Part shown: piece after piece, positions 48,652 to 61,697 of the stretch
How positions within the stretch are numbered: the first letter of the stretch is position 1
How the letters are laid out: each line of letters starts with the position of its first letter
The notes under the pieces: generated by a model
What the model was told of the DNA's origin: nothing
Database searches by the model: none
Seen by the model: only the letters and a program-made list of their open reading frames with translations
Assembly: GCA_010093745.1 (NCBI GenBank)
Contig: MU005958.1
Location: 186,001-250,000 of the forward strand
Source of the DNA: Piedraia hortae CBS 480.64
Lineage: Eukaryota
Reading direction: 5' to 3'
Length of the DNA: 64,000 nt
Program-made: the position numbers and the translations under genes

Positions 48652-48904
48652 AGTTATAGAGAGATACAGTTTGAAGAGTAGGTTGGATCTTTGGAATGAT
48701 GTTTATACGGTTTTCTCTATTCGGGGTGTTATCGTCGCGATGATTGCTTCCAGTCGTTCTGTCTGATCATCTCTGTGGAGGACGCGCGAGTCATTTCCAC
48801 AATCCTCCCCCCAACAGCCAACAACATCACCGAAAACAAAACATGACTCGCTGGCGCCCTCCCGCTGCATAAAACAATCACTCCCCTCTTCTTCCTATCG
48901 TTCT

Positions 48905-49101
48905 CCAGCTCTCTTTGCCTTTTGGCTTAGATCAAGTGTAGTATCTGTTTATATTCGGGCTGATCTCTGAAACGCCTCTACGGAGGCTTCTCTGACTTTA
49001 TCTCTCTTTTTTTTTCTTGGAAAAAGCGCCCACGACCACTGAGCATGCTCATGTCCCGGCGCACAGTGTCTCTGGCTTCGCACTACTTCTCGGCTGACGC
49101 G
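48905..49101 (+). ncRNA. U2: U2 spliceosomal snRNA (divergent)
   Basis: CTCTTTGCCTTTTGGCTTAGATCAAGTGTAGTATCTGTT is the U2 5' end with branch-recognition GTAGTA at 48938-48943. Stems IIa, IIb (GCCTC-TACG-GAGGC), III and IV (GCACTAC loop) are recognisable. Confidence 0.93.
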
Positions 49102-49641
49102 ACGTCTTCATCGGTTACACCTGCTTTGAGGGACTGGGTGCTGAAGAATATGACAGATTGATTTTGTAGAGCTAGATCTCATATCGGTATATGGCTGTAG
49201 AGCTCTGCTTTCAGTTGGTTGTATACACTACACACGTACATCCTATCCGGGTGAGCATCAAGCCAGTCAAGCAGACCGGGCGCTCCTGCAGCTTCTTCCA
49301 CTGAAACAATCGCAATGCCATACCCATAGCGATACCTATTGACCTCTATGTGCGAGTCTCTACAGTATCACGTTCGAGTCGTCAGCACATCTCCCAGCAA
49401 GCTCTCCCTGCCACCATCATCAACAACCGTGGCATCTGTTGTGAATTCATAGCAACAACTGTATCATCAAACTCAGTCCAAAGAGAAACAAGCTCAAAGA
49501 ACTCGACGCAGTGAGATGGATTGCCATAGCTACCTGGCCTTGCGAGGTAGATCAAGGAATGAAAACCACGAAATTTATGACCTACAATTGAAAAGCGGCA
49601 TGGAAAAGAGTCGAAGAAGTAGTACCGCTCTCGACTACAGT

Positions 49642-51009
<1,368 letters not shown>

Positions 51010-51013
51010 CTAC

Positions 51014-51014
51014 C

Positions 51015-51070
<56 letters not shown>
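51014..51070. repeat. (CA)n microsatellite
   Basis: Long CA dinucleotide run upstream of MAP2. Confidence 0.95.
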
Positions 51071-51074
<4 letters not shown>

Positions 51075-51234
51075 AGGAAATTCGATTCACTCAGACATGC
51101 ATAGGTAAAAGACAGGTAAGAAAGCCAGATGCTTCCCTCAACATATCGCTACCATCGTAATAACCACCTCATTCCTCGTCCCCCCCCCTCCCCCCTCCCC
51201 CCTACCTCTCGCACTACTCATCCCCTTGGTACGT

Positions 51235-52502
51235 CTAGAAGAAAATGTATGCAATCAAGAAGCATAGCAAACACAAAACAGCAACATAGGCGACCGGCAC
51301 ACCGGTAGGAGCAGCCGAAGTGCGGGTGCCAGTGGTTGTGGTCGTCGTACTCTTCTCGTCGCCCGGAGTGACTTTCCTTTGTCGTAGGCCGTCGGTTGCT
51401 TGCTGTTGTAGTTGCTTGATCTTCTCCTGAGCAGCCTCAAGTTGCCTCTGCAAATCTTCCTTTGTAAGTCCAGTTACCGAGGCCAGAGTAGAGCCTTGTG
51501 TCGAGCCGGTGTTAGGCACCTGCGAAGACCCAACGGGATGCGAAGAGCCGACCGACTGCGAGGAGCTCACGGGCTGCGAAGAACCGTACGGAATCTGAGA
51601 AGAGCCAGCGGGCTGAGAAGAACCATAAGGAATCTGCGTAGCGCCGAAGTTGGGCTGCTGCTCAAGAGGAGCTTGGCCTGTGGAGCCAATGCCACCATAC
51701 GAGCCCGATGATGGCTGGGAGCCCACAAGGGTATGGGATCCCAATGCGTTTGCATCGGATACAATCGAACGGGACTGATCGTTGCTCAAACCAGGCGTAG
51801 AATCCAGTCCTGACCCGTGCTGCTGCTGACCGCGCAAAACATTGCTACCTACAGCCGCGCCCACGCCGGCCACACCGGCGGCACCAGCCGCACCCGCAGC
51901 CGTTGCCACTCCGGCAGCGTTGTGCTGACTGGGGTGAGAAGGGCTGGAGTACGCGCCGTTGGCGTCATCCTCATGCATGCTGTTTGTCATGCCGCTCGAT
52001 TGTGTCGCAGCGCTGCCATCAGCCGGGAGGTAATTGACACGAATCTTGGTCTCCTGAATGCTGCCCTTTGAATGAGACTCTACAGCGCTCCAGATTTGGC
52101 TAACGTTGGACGTGTTGGTGTCCGGCGGGATGGCAACCGACTGTACGAGAAACTTGTCGCGGCAGCGTGCATCCGGCGGGGGATCCTCCCGCATGGCCTG
52201 GAGCAGGACCTGCACCTCAACCGACTGGCCGATTTCGATGCGACCGGCATTGGGGCGGACGCAATACCTGGCGCACAATCGTCAGCAACATAATGGAGCA
52301 TGGTGCGGTAGATGCGTACTGTTTGGGGGCCGTCGTCTTGACTTTGAACGCAACGGGCTCCTGGTTGTGATTATAGAGGCGGAGGATCTGCGCTCCCTCT
52401 TGCGTAAGGGGACCTAACGCTGGTGTTAGCGGCTGGACAAGTGCGATGCGGCCATCACATACGCTTGAAGCCCAACTCGGAAGGTTCCAACTGGACGGCC
52501 AT
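51235..52502 (-). CDS. SCS2: VAMP-associated protein (MSP domain, C-terminal TM); 3 exons
   Basis: MAVQLEPSELGFK..VAFKVKTTAPKQ|YCVRPNAG..CRDKFLVQS; tail anchor. Confidence 0.93.
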
Positions 52503-52808
52503 GACGTGTGCGAAAGTGTGGGTGTAAAGGAGTTGATGTAAAGGTAAATGTCTGACAAGTGTCAAAGTGCGCTCCTGCCTGTCTAATGCCTTGATTGACG
52601 GTGGAGTGGGCAGGACTGGGGATCGCTTGGTCCGGGACCTCGCCAAGCCGCGGGTCATGTGCGTCATCGTCTAGTCACGTGAGTGTACGAACGCCAATAA
52701 CCCTAATTTACCAACTTTGAAGCCCCTCGTGACGTCACTCCACCCCGCGGCGAACAACTCGAACCAGCGTTCCTCTACCAGCATTTCTCTAATCACAATT
52801 GTTACAAC

Positions 52809-53732
52809 ATGGCTACAGATCTCGAACAGCTGGTCGACATGGGCTTTGAGAAGGAGCGGGCAAATCTGGCGCTGAAGAAGAGCGGAAATCTCACCGGGGC
52901 TCTGGACTGGCTTGAGAAGAATGCCGACACCAGCCTGGAGGATCTCGAAGAAGAGGAGGCAGCGGCGGCCCAGGCTGGGGATACGGCCGACGGGGCTCAG
53001 GCTCAGTCGTTTGTCTGCAACGACTGTGGCAAGAAGCTGCGCAACATGAACATGGCCCAGTTTCACGCCGAGAAGACGGGCCACGATGACTTTAGCGAGT
53101 CGACCGAGGAGCTTGCTCCTCTAACAGAAGAGGAGAAGAAAAAAAAACTGGAGGCCATGCGGGCGGCCCTGGCGCAGAAGAAAGCCAAGCAGTCGGTGGA
53201 GGACAAGCTCGCCGAGAAGCGCAACGAAGAGATTCGTAAGAAGCACACCAAAGAAAACGACGAGGCAAAGGAGCTACTTCAGCGCAAGCAGCAGATAAAG
53301 GAGGCACAGCAGAAGAAAAAGGAAAAGCAAGAGGACGCTGAAGCAAAGAAGCGTATCAAGGCCAGGATCGAGGCCGACAAAGCCGAGCGCAAGCGCAAGG
53401 CCGAGGAAGAGAAGGCCAAGCGCGAGAATCCAGCTTCCATGGACCCCGGAGCAGGCGCTCCCCGTCCTAGTGCCGTGGCTGCTGTTCAGAAGTCGTCGTC
53501 GACGGCAAGCGAGGCCCGTCTCAGACTGCAGACTCTCAGCGGCAACGTCATGAAGACTTTCCCTGCCGACACCACGCTCTTCGAGGTCGCGCACGCGCTG
53601 GAGCAGGAGAATGGCACCCGGGCAACGACGTTTACGGTCAATTTCCCCAAAAGGGTCTACAGCCGTGAGGACTTTGGGCAGACGCTGAAGGAGGCCGGCT
53701 TCGTGCCCAGCGCGGCTCTTATAGTGCAGTGA
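52809..53732 (+). CDS. UBA-C2H2-UBX domain protein (UBXN1-like Cdc48 cofactor)
   Basis: LVDMGFEKERA UBA; CNDCGK..FHAEKTGH; RLRLQT..FPKRVY..TLKEAGFVPSAALIV UBX. Confidence 0.9.
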   Translation: MATDLEQLVDMGFEKERANLALKKSGNLTGALDWLEKNADTSLEDLEEEEAAAAQAGDTADGAQAQSFVCNDCGKKLRNMNMAQFHAEKTGHDDFSESTEELAPLTEEEKKKKLEAMRAALAQKKAKQSVEDKLAEKRNEEIRKKHTKENDEAKELLQRKQQIKEAQQKKKEKQEDAEAKKRIKARIEADKAERKRKAEEEKAKRENPASMDPGAGAPRPSAVAAVQKSSSTASEARLRLQTLSGNVMKTFPADTTLFEVAHALEQENGTRATTFTVNFPKRVYSREDFGQTLKEAGFVPSAALIVQ

Positions 53733-53793
53733 TTCAGTAATCATGCAGTAGTCATTTGAGAGCGAGGCGTATGGCGTTGATAGACTAATCTAT

Positions 53794-54882
53794 CTATTTG
53801 GCAGCAACAGAGACGGCACTCTCTTTGGCAGCCGGAACAGCACTCTCCTTGACAGCCGGGACAGCCACCGGGATGGCACTCGTCTTCTTCAACTGCGGCA
53901 TATCAAACTCGTAGCCGAGTTCCTTTAGTTTCTCCGCTTTTCCCAACCTTCTCTTCTCCTCCTTTGCATTCCTCTTATCCCATCCCTCACGCAGCAGACC
54001 ATGTTTCAACCTCCTCCCCTCCATCTTATTCCTCGGAATCGGCTTCATGCGTCTCCCGGCTCTATTCCACATCGTGGCACGAACCTGCTCTCTCGGCACA
54101 GTGCGAACCTGCAGGATATGTCCAAAGAGCAGATACTTATCCATCGTCTTAGCCACAATCTCAGCAACAGCCTTGCTCGCAAATTCAATGAATCCATAAT
54201 GCTGACTGCGGCCTGTTTTGCGGTTCCGCGCGAGACGCAAGTGCAGGATATCGCCAAACTGCGAAAAGTAGCTGCGCATCTGGTGTTCGTAGAAGCCGTG
54301 CGGGATGCGGCCGATGTAGATTACGCCGGGGGTTTTCCCGTCGTCGTTGGCGTCGGCCTTGCGCGCGCCCTTGATGCGTGGGGGCTGCGGGAGGTCTTCG
54401 AGGGCGAGTCCTCCGTCATTTTCATCGTCTTCGCTGTCTGAGAAGCCAGCTAGAAGAGCAGCGGTTTGGTCAGCGGTGAGTTCTCCGCCGTCGTCGGATC
54501 CGTCGTCCACGGGGACGATATCGTCTGCGACGGGGACGAGAGCCGCAGACTCCGTTTCTTGAGATTTCGAAGCTTTAGTAGACTTCTTGGGCGCGACTTC
54601 TTCGAGGGATTTGCCATCTTCCTGCGCTGCAGTCTTTGCTTTCAACGGCTTCTTTACCGTCTTGTCCTTGACCGCCTTTTCCTTAACTACCTTTTCCTCA
54701 ACCGCCTTCTCCCCACCCGTCTTCTTCAGCGCACTTTTCCTGACCCCGGGCGTCTCCAAGGCCGTCTTCTTCAACGCACTCTTCAACGGCACAGGGGCCG
54801 GCGTAGCCGTCTTCGTGACCTTAATCTTCTTCCTCTCCGCCGTCACATCCGCCAAATTCTTCCTCTTTTTAGCCGACAACAT
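53794..54882 (-). CDS. NOP15: Nucleolar RRM protein Nop15/NIFK
   Basis: GVIYIGRIPHGFYEHQMRSYFSQFG..RNRKTGRSQHYGFIEF..MDKYLLFGH. Confidence 0.9.
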   Translation of the reverse strand: MLSAKKRKNLADVTAERKKIKVTKTATPAPVPLKSALKKTALETPGVRKSALKKTGGEKAVEEKVVKEKAVKDKTVKKPLKAKTAAQEDGKSLEEVAPKKSTKASKSQETESAALVPVADDIVPVDDGSDDGGELTADQTAALLAGFSDSEDDENDGGLALEDLPQPPRIKGARKADANDDGKTPGVIYIGRIPHGFYEHQMRSYFSQFGDILHLRLARNRKTGRSQHYGFIEFASKAVAEIVAKTMDKYLLFGHILQVRTVPREQVRATMWNRAGRRMKPIPRNKMEGRRLKHGLLREGWDKRNAKEEKRRLGKAEKLKELGYEFDMPQLKKTSAIPVAVPAVKESAVPAAKESAVSVAAK

Positions 54883-55006
54883 TATGTTCTATCGCAAGTG
54901 TCGTGCGGGTAAAATTCCCCCCACGGTGTGTGCCACGCTATATCAAAACCCGAAGAAACGCCGAACGCACCACCCAAAACGTCAGGAAACTGAGAGTTTT
55001 AACCAA

Positions 55007-55382
55007 ATGTCAAAAGAACTCTCGCACGAGGAGGTGTGGGACGACTCTGCGTTGATTGAGTCGTGGAATGAAGCTCTGGCTGAGTATAAGAAATATCACA
55101 GTCTTGCGGTTAAAGGGGAGGGGGTTACGTTATCGCTTGATGAGCCTGTTAAGGAAGAAGCAGCTACTGGCGAGAAAAAGCCGGTTGAAACAAATAAACC
55201 GGACTTGGTTCAAAAGTTGATGCCAACTGGTAGGGAATCTTAATGTTTGTTTTGCACGCGCTGACGGTATAGTTTCCGATGACGATATGAAGAATGTCAT
55301 GATGAGCTGGTATTACGCCGGCTACTACACAGGACTAATGGAAGGCCAGCAAAAAGCTTATGCCGCCATGCAAAACGGATAG
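55007..55382 (+). CDS. smn1: SMN (survival motor neuron) homolog; 2 exons
   Basis: VWDDSALIESWNEALAEYKKYHS (Gemin2-binding) and MMSWYYAGYYTGLMEG (YG box); intron ~55230-55272. Confidence 0.9.
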
Positions 55383-55442
55383 AGAAAAAAAAAGATTGAA
55401 AGAAAATGCCCCCACCATCATAACCATTACCCCATCTAATCA

Positions 55443-56197
55443 TTATACCAGTATCGCAACGCCCAGGAAAGCAACCACACCTATCGCCAGTGCGGCTCTT
55501 GCCCCAACAGCCCCCGCACCGTTGACGCTCGGCTGCGGCGCGTTGGTGTAGAGGGCGTGGTTGCCACCCGCGCTGGTTTCTGGCGTGCCGGGGACTTGAC
55601 CCGCCATGACGGCGCTAGTCGCACCTGCCGTCAAGGTTACTTTAATCGAACTCTGATTCGTCAGGGCTAGCGTCGTTGTTTGCGATTTGGCCGAGTTGTC
55701 CACCGTCGATGCTCCGGTGCAAGTTGCCGAGGTCGAACCGTCCAATTTGCAGTTTATCTTTGTCTCGTCTCGGACCAGCGTCGATTTACCGGAGGGGATT
55801 CTATCGTCGTCAGTCATACCGGGTTCTCTTTCTTCTCGGCAAAACCACATACGATGCTGACGTCGCCGTCCATGTGTACGCCAGCGCCGACTTCCCTTGG
55901 GTCACCGTCACCGTTTCCCCGCCCAGAGGACAGCGAGTGGGACAGGTGCTGACACCCGTCGTCTGACAGCCAATGGCCAATACGGTTGAAGAAGGGCCCT
56001 GGGGGGAAACATACAGTCAGCAAACTCAGCTACCTCCATCCCATCCCAGAACTCACAGCAGTCACTACAGAAGCCGCATAATCGCCGGCGCCCAAGGGCA
56101 GAAAGACAGAAATGGTCGGATCGGCCGGTTTTGCGGTCGTAGATTCTTTGGCTGCGACTCCGCCAACAGCGAGGGCGAGCATCGCGAGGAAGAACAT
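55443..56197 (-). CDS. Ser/Thr-rich secreted, probably GPI-anchored protein; 3 exons
   Basis: Signal MFFLAMLALAVGGVAA; several Cys; C-terminal NGA plus hydrophobic tail. Confidence 0.75.
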
Positions 56198-56682
56198 GGT
56201 TATTGTTGGAGGCGGTCCCGGTGCGACCGTCGTCCGGTAGTCGTTAAAGTATCACGTGACATAGCCTGTTGTGCCCTGAGATTAAATATCTGGAGGCTGG
56301 CATGCCAGGTGTAACGCTGGAATGCGTTTTGCGCATGACTGCTGGGTAATTTCCATGACAACTAATATAAGACGGGGGACTCAAAGCGTCGAGTCTCGGA
56401 TGGCGCCACTGGTGTTAAGGTTCGCGATAACGGGCACGGGACTCCATCATGAGGTGTCAAGGCAAGAAGACGGCGAGTTTGCAGTTTTTGTATTTTATGT
56501 CGTTAAACGATTCATCTATCTGCCACGAGGTTCGAACAAGTCCCTACATTTCCCTACATTTCCCATGGTGCATTTTACGCACGTGAGTGGAGCCTGTCGG
56601 ACCGGAGCGAGCCGTCGAAATTGAAACGCATTTCCCCCAGCGCGCACGCGTCAACCCCAGAAAAAGTCCGCTCCCAACAACA

Positions 56683-57879
56683 ATGGAATCCTATCCGGCC
56701 TCTCTCCAGCCCAAGATAAACGAAGCGATAGCATCGCATCCCAATCCCGCGCATCTGAAAGCCCTCTTCATCGAAATCGGCGCTTACATCCCCTCCGACA
56801 ACGGCAACAACGGTGATGTCTCCTCCAAGAAGCGCAAATTCGCGCACGCAGACGATGCAAAAGCCATAATCTCCCCGGTGACAGTATGGCAAAGTGCCGA
56901 AGCCGTATCCGTCGTGGCACCGATGCGCAAGAAACTGCAGGTAGCAGTTGTGATGAACGCGGCACAAACGAAGCGCGAGGTGCGACTGCACGATCCGAAG
57001 AACACAGACTCGGAGTCTGCAGAATACATCCTCTCTGATTCCGAGATTCAAGAAATCTTCTGTCTCCCCGTGCCGGAGAAACAGGCCAAGCAGAGCAATT
57101 TCGTTATCGTACCGACGCAAGCAGCCGAGCGGCGCGAGGCTATAGTCTTCACCGTGGCAGATACACCGTCAAAGGGGGACACGGCTGGCGAGACGGAGGC
57201 GACGCTGACGCGCACCGCGCTGGAGACGCACCTGCGTCGCAAAGTGCAGCTGCCGTCGGAAAAGGAGTTCACGAGCGGAAGTCGCAAGGGGGAACGCGAA
57301 TTCCATATCAAAGCGAATCGTGGCTCAAAGGATGGTTACATCTTCCTCCTTACTACGGGAATCTTGTTCGCGTACAAGAAACCCGTCCTCTACTTTCCCC
57401 TTAACCACATTCAGAGCGTTGGTTACACAAACGTTCTCAGCTACACTTTCAACCTCGTCCTGACGGTCTTGGATCCCAATGGATCCGGAGAGGACGGGAA
57501 AGAGATCGAGTTCAGTATGCTTGACCAGTCGCTCTATCCTGCTGTTGATAAATACGTCAAGAGTCATGGTCTTAATGATTCGAGCCTTGCGGAGCAGCGC
57601 AAGGCAAAACTGTATAATGTTAACAATCCTTCGGCTGGTAAGGATGCTGCGCATCACGCCGAGGGAGGTGGGGAGGTGGACGAAGATGATACCCAGACTG
57701 CGCTGCCAAGAACTGAGCAGCAGATTCAGGATGAAGAAGATGAGATGGAGGAGGATTATGAGGCTTCGGGAGGTGAAAGCGATGGTGAAGGTGCTTCTAG
57801 CGAAGAAGCCGAGGCCATGGATGGTCACGACGGTTATGATGACGACGATGATGATGATGATGATGCAGACGACGAGTAG
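56683..57879 (+). CDS. RTT106: Histone chaperone Rtt106
   Basis: SVVAPMRKKL, CLPVPEKQ, IKANRGSKDGYIFLL..GILFAYKKP, EFSMLDQ; acidic tail. Confidence 0.88.
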   Translation: MESYPASLQPKINEAIASHPNPAHLKALFIEIGAYIPSDNGNNGDVSSKKRKFAHADDAKAIISPVTVWQSAEAVSVVAPMRKKLQVAVVMNAAQTKREVRLHDPKNTDSESAEYILSDSEIQEIFCLPVPEKQAKQSNFVIVPTQAAERREAIVFTVADTPSKGDTAGETEATLTRTALETHLRRKVQLPSEKEFTSGSRKGEREFHIKANRGSKDGYIFLLTTGILFAYKKPVLYFPLNHIQSVGYTNVLSYTFNLVLTVLDPNGSGEDGKEIEFSMLDQSLYPAVDKYVKSHGLNDSSLAEQRKAKLYNVNNPSAGKDAAHHAEGGGEVDEDDTQTALPRTEQQIQDEEDEMEEDYEASGGESDGEGASSEEAEAMDGHDGYDDDDDDDDDADDE

Positions 57880-58114
57880 CTATGCTGTCAGTGTAGAATA
57901 CGTGTACAATCAGTCAAAAGTCATGATTCCACCTTAATTGATACCAAGTAGTATGATACACCATTAACGCCACGATTTTTGGATACACGGACAGCTGCAA
58001 ACACTGACAATTCACTGAAAAAAATGCTACGATTACAGCAACGAGAAAGCAATGCTCGGCTACTATCACATACAACGCAAGAAACAAAGCAGTCTTCTGT
58101 TGTATTAGACCACC

Positions 58115-60632
58115 TCACTCTCGAATCAATGAAGCCTTGCCTTTGCCACTAGCAAAAGCCTTGCCGAGTGCAATGGTAAAATCAGCCATTTCGACAGCCA
58201 GGTTTAGCGGATTGAAGTCAGCATGGTGAGACACGATATCGCATTCAATCGACACCGGTGCTTTGACAGTGTAGTGGTGAGTGCCAAGATAGACACCGTC
58301 TTTGTCTGTAAGCTTGAAGCGGATGGACCCCGGCTCCTTGTCGGGGTTCGGTCCGCTGCCACGTACAGATCCACCATACGACGTCATTGAAGCAATGGGA
58401 GAAGCTGGGTCACTCGCAAAAGGGGAGTGTGCAATCGGTGCCGCACTTGAGGCAGCAGATACCGCGTTTGCAGGCGGCACTACCGACGTCGACACAGAGG
58501 GCCTATCAACGATCGTAGACGGCGTGTTCTCAGAGCTGACTGTAACTGAGGTCGATCGATTCAATCCGGGCTTTCCAATCGACATGCCATACGAGGCAGC
58601 GCTGGCCGCAAACTTCTCCAGTTGGGGGTTCAACGACGTCGTAACCTGTGGGCAGAAAGGTGCGGCCTCGACTGCAGCAGCCTTCCACGATGTTGCACGC
58701 TGAGGGACCGTAGTAGCTGACGAACAAGCATTGCTTGGCGTAGGACCAGAAGGCGCGGCTTCACTACGTTTCGCTGCCGCAGAAGTCGATGACTGAGCGC
58801 CGGTACCTGCGTCATTCTCGACTTTAGCAGGTGCTTTACCCTGGACAGAGGATGTGGGAGCGGATGTACTAACTTGGCTAATCGAAGTAGATCTGGATTG
58901 CTGAGGTGCCTTGTTGCCATTGGCCTGAAAGTTTGCCGATGCGTTTAGGCCATAGGGATGGGAAGACCCGAAGCCCTTGGAACTAGACTCGTCAAAGTCT
59001 TCCGTGGGCGTTATGGTCGTTACCCCAGGGATTTCTGTCGTAAATTTTGTGACTGACACAGCAGAATCGCCGAGGTCGCCCATGTCAGCTCTAGTGTATT
59101 TCTTTCGAGCCGGAGAAAGTCCATTTGCATTTCGGGGTGATTTTGATGCATTCACAGTAGCTGGCGACGCTGCAGTGTTGACCGTCGGACGGACTGGAGC
59201 GGCCTGCGCGGGCTGGGCAGCTGTTGGAGTCGCCTGATTGACAGATTGCACGGGAGCGGCAGTCGTCGGCTTAGCAGTTGCTGCCGTGGTTGGAGCCGCC
59301 TGAGGGGCAGCCTGGACAGGAGTTCCCGTCGCGGGTCTAGTAGCTGTTGCTACTGCCAGAGGGGCAGCCTGAGCGGGAGCAGCCCGCGCAGGAGCATTAT
59401 TCCGGTTTAGTTGAGTTGCAGAAGTACTGGCAGATGTGGTCGTAGGGGCAACACCCTGATTTGGCTTGGGCTTGAACTTTTGTAGGGCAATTTGTCCAAA
59501 GTCCTTAAGCTCCGGATGGGCCTGGTAGTACGAATCAAAGGCCGCCTTGTCGCCTGCCTCAATCATCTTTTTAGCTTTGACAGCCTCTTCAATCATCCAT
59601 TTCCGATCTTTGTGCGTCTCAATGTAAACTTCCGTGTCACGGCTGTCAGGATTCTTGGCGTATTGGACTGCCTCCCGCACAAGTTTCTCTCGGGCCGGTG
59701 CCAGGTACTTGAGACGATCGGGAAATTTCCGATAGTATTCGTCACATTTAGGCCCGGGATTGGCCGCATAGTATTCTCCCATGAGGATAAGACGTTTCTC
59801 CGCGTCCATTAGAGGTGGAGCAACAGTGGGTGGAGGTGCCCTCTTCCTCTGACCCCCTTCGGCTCGGAATTGGCCAGGAGATGCCGGACAACCAATTCTA
59901 GCGCTACTAATAGAGGTGGCCCGACTGGCTCGAGTTTGGTTCTGGCAAAGCTCTGGCTGGACGGGCGCAGTAACCTGTGGGGCAATGGGCTGGGGCATGT
60001 TGCGGGCTCCAGGGAAGCCTGCTCCCTCTTGGGTGACGGCCTTTGGCTCCTCCGGGCGGCCAACTCTCTCGTGTGTGCTGGCGTTCTGTTTCTGGTCATG
60101 ACGGGTGTCATTATGGCGAGGATTGAAATTTTCCTCTTGTCCGGAACGAGCGTCGCCCGGGTGAGCGCGCGAGGTCATGTCCTCGCCACGACGAGCATCA
60201 CTATGACGGCCAAAGGGATTATATTCCCGGGCGTCACCTGGCCCATCAAAACGGCTCTCCGTGCCTCTCTGCATCTGAGTAAGCGCGGCACGGTGGCCCT
60301 GACCGCAGTAGCGGTTCTCGTGCTTGAACGCCAAGTCATCAGCGGGAACAAAGCTGGCAGCTGTCGCTCATGTCAGCATTGTGGGGCCTGATAGATGTCT
60401 ACAGTCATGACTTACTGTTCCACTTCAGAATGTTATTAGCCACTTGATCACCATTGGCGGCATTGGCCGCTCTGATGACGTTTCTACGACGGTCTTCAAA
60501 CTCAAGTCGGATGAGGCGTTCCTCGCGGGCCGAAATATGCATGTTCGGGTCTTCTGGTGCCGTGAGCTCCTCGCGGCGGTCCTGACCAAGATCGGACAGA
60601 ACCGCCTTGAGGAGTTCCGGGTCGACGGACAT
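58115..60632 (-). CDS. Hypothetical Ala/Pro/Thr/Ser-rich protein; 2 exons
   Basis: ATG 60632 (MSVDPELLKAVLSDLG), GTAAGT intron ~60415-60361, then a 739-aa ORF. No family recognised. Confidence 0.7.
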
Positions 60633-60934
60633 AATGACAATAAGCTGAGACCCGCCAGGGATAGCTGCGGTTAAACGAGTGTGCCAGTGTGAGGGATGGA
60701 GGGTGGAAAAAGAGACGTGTGGTGGTAAAGAAAGCACGGCAGTGGACGCGGAATGTAGCGTGCAATGCGAAGTTCCGCCAGCAAACGTCGAGTGGGGCAA
60801 ATCCCTGCCGAAGAAAATGTCACTTGCAGGGGTACATAGCAATCCATGGAATCGGGATTTTTGGTGCGGAAGACAGGTGCTCATCTGGATTATCCATGTT
60901 CTGCCCTTTCAGATATTGAAAGAGGACTCTTGAT

Positions 60935-61470
60935 GCAAACTAGACCAACTTCACTCGAGCGAGAAGTCCGTTTCTAGTGATGTATTTGGGAGCCCGAATT
61001 CTGATGCATATACTGCCAGATGGAGATTCCATCCACTTATTTAATGCTTGCTATACCTATTGCCGAGGAAGAGTGCGTAAATAACCCGACTCCAATCAGT
61101 TTCCTGGCAGTAGTCCAGAATGCCTCATGACTTCCAGTTCGTAAAATATCCTTCTGCATCGTGTTACTTGAAACTAAGGGATAAGTTTGATTTCATCAGT
61201 TTCTGGCAGGAGCAACCGGCTCAATCAGTGACCAGACAAGGAGGTGAGGTCAAGCGGACAAGCGGGCGTTTTATCGGCTCGGCCCGTTCTGTACCTGCTG
61301 GGATCTGCTGGGTAACGTGGTACCCGAAACGGAGCGGGCCGCTAAACGTTTGGGTTTACAAGCACGTGGCAAGTGCAATTCCAAACCCTTGGTGGACAAT
61401 GATTGATAAACTCTCGCAGAAACGAACATGTCACGAGTAATCATTGTCGTAATGCTAAAATCGAACATTT
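60935..61470 (+). ncRNA. Candidate large structured RNA with H/ACA-like boxes
   Basis: Seven or more helices, with G-U pairs favouring the + strand; ANANNA at 61143-61148; ACA at 61465-61467 followed by TTT. Confidence 0.5.
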
Positions 61471-61697
61471 ATCTGATACATACTTGCCCAGAACGTTTAG
61501 GGCAAACGCACAACTTTTATACAACCGAATGCAGCGCCCCCATTTTGGGTTTCTCCATTGCATTATACCAGAACGTATGCTGCGTTGATCCCATGCATCA
61601 ATTCATCGTCATTGCATTGTAGCCTCGATTCCACACAACAATCGCTAAACGACTCTGCCCCGAAAGCCATTAGAAAATTGCCAGTCTTTTTAATTGC

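Noticed and set aside
60935..61470. Assignment to snR30/U17, RNase P or RNase MRP
   Set aside because: snR30 m1/m2 motifs are not in the expected positions, and P/MRP CR-I and CR-V motifs were not found.
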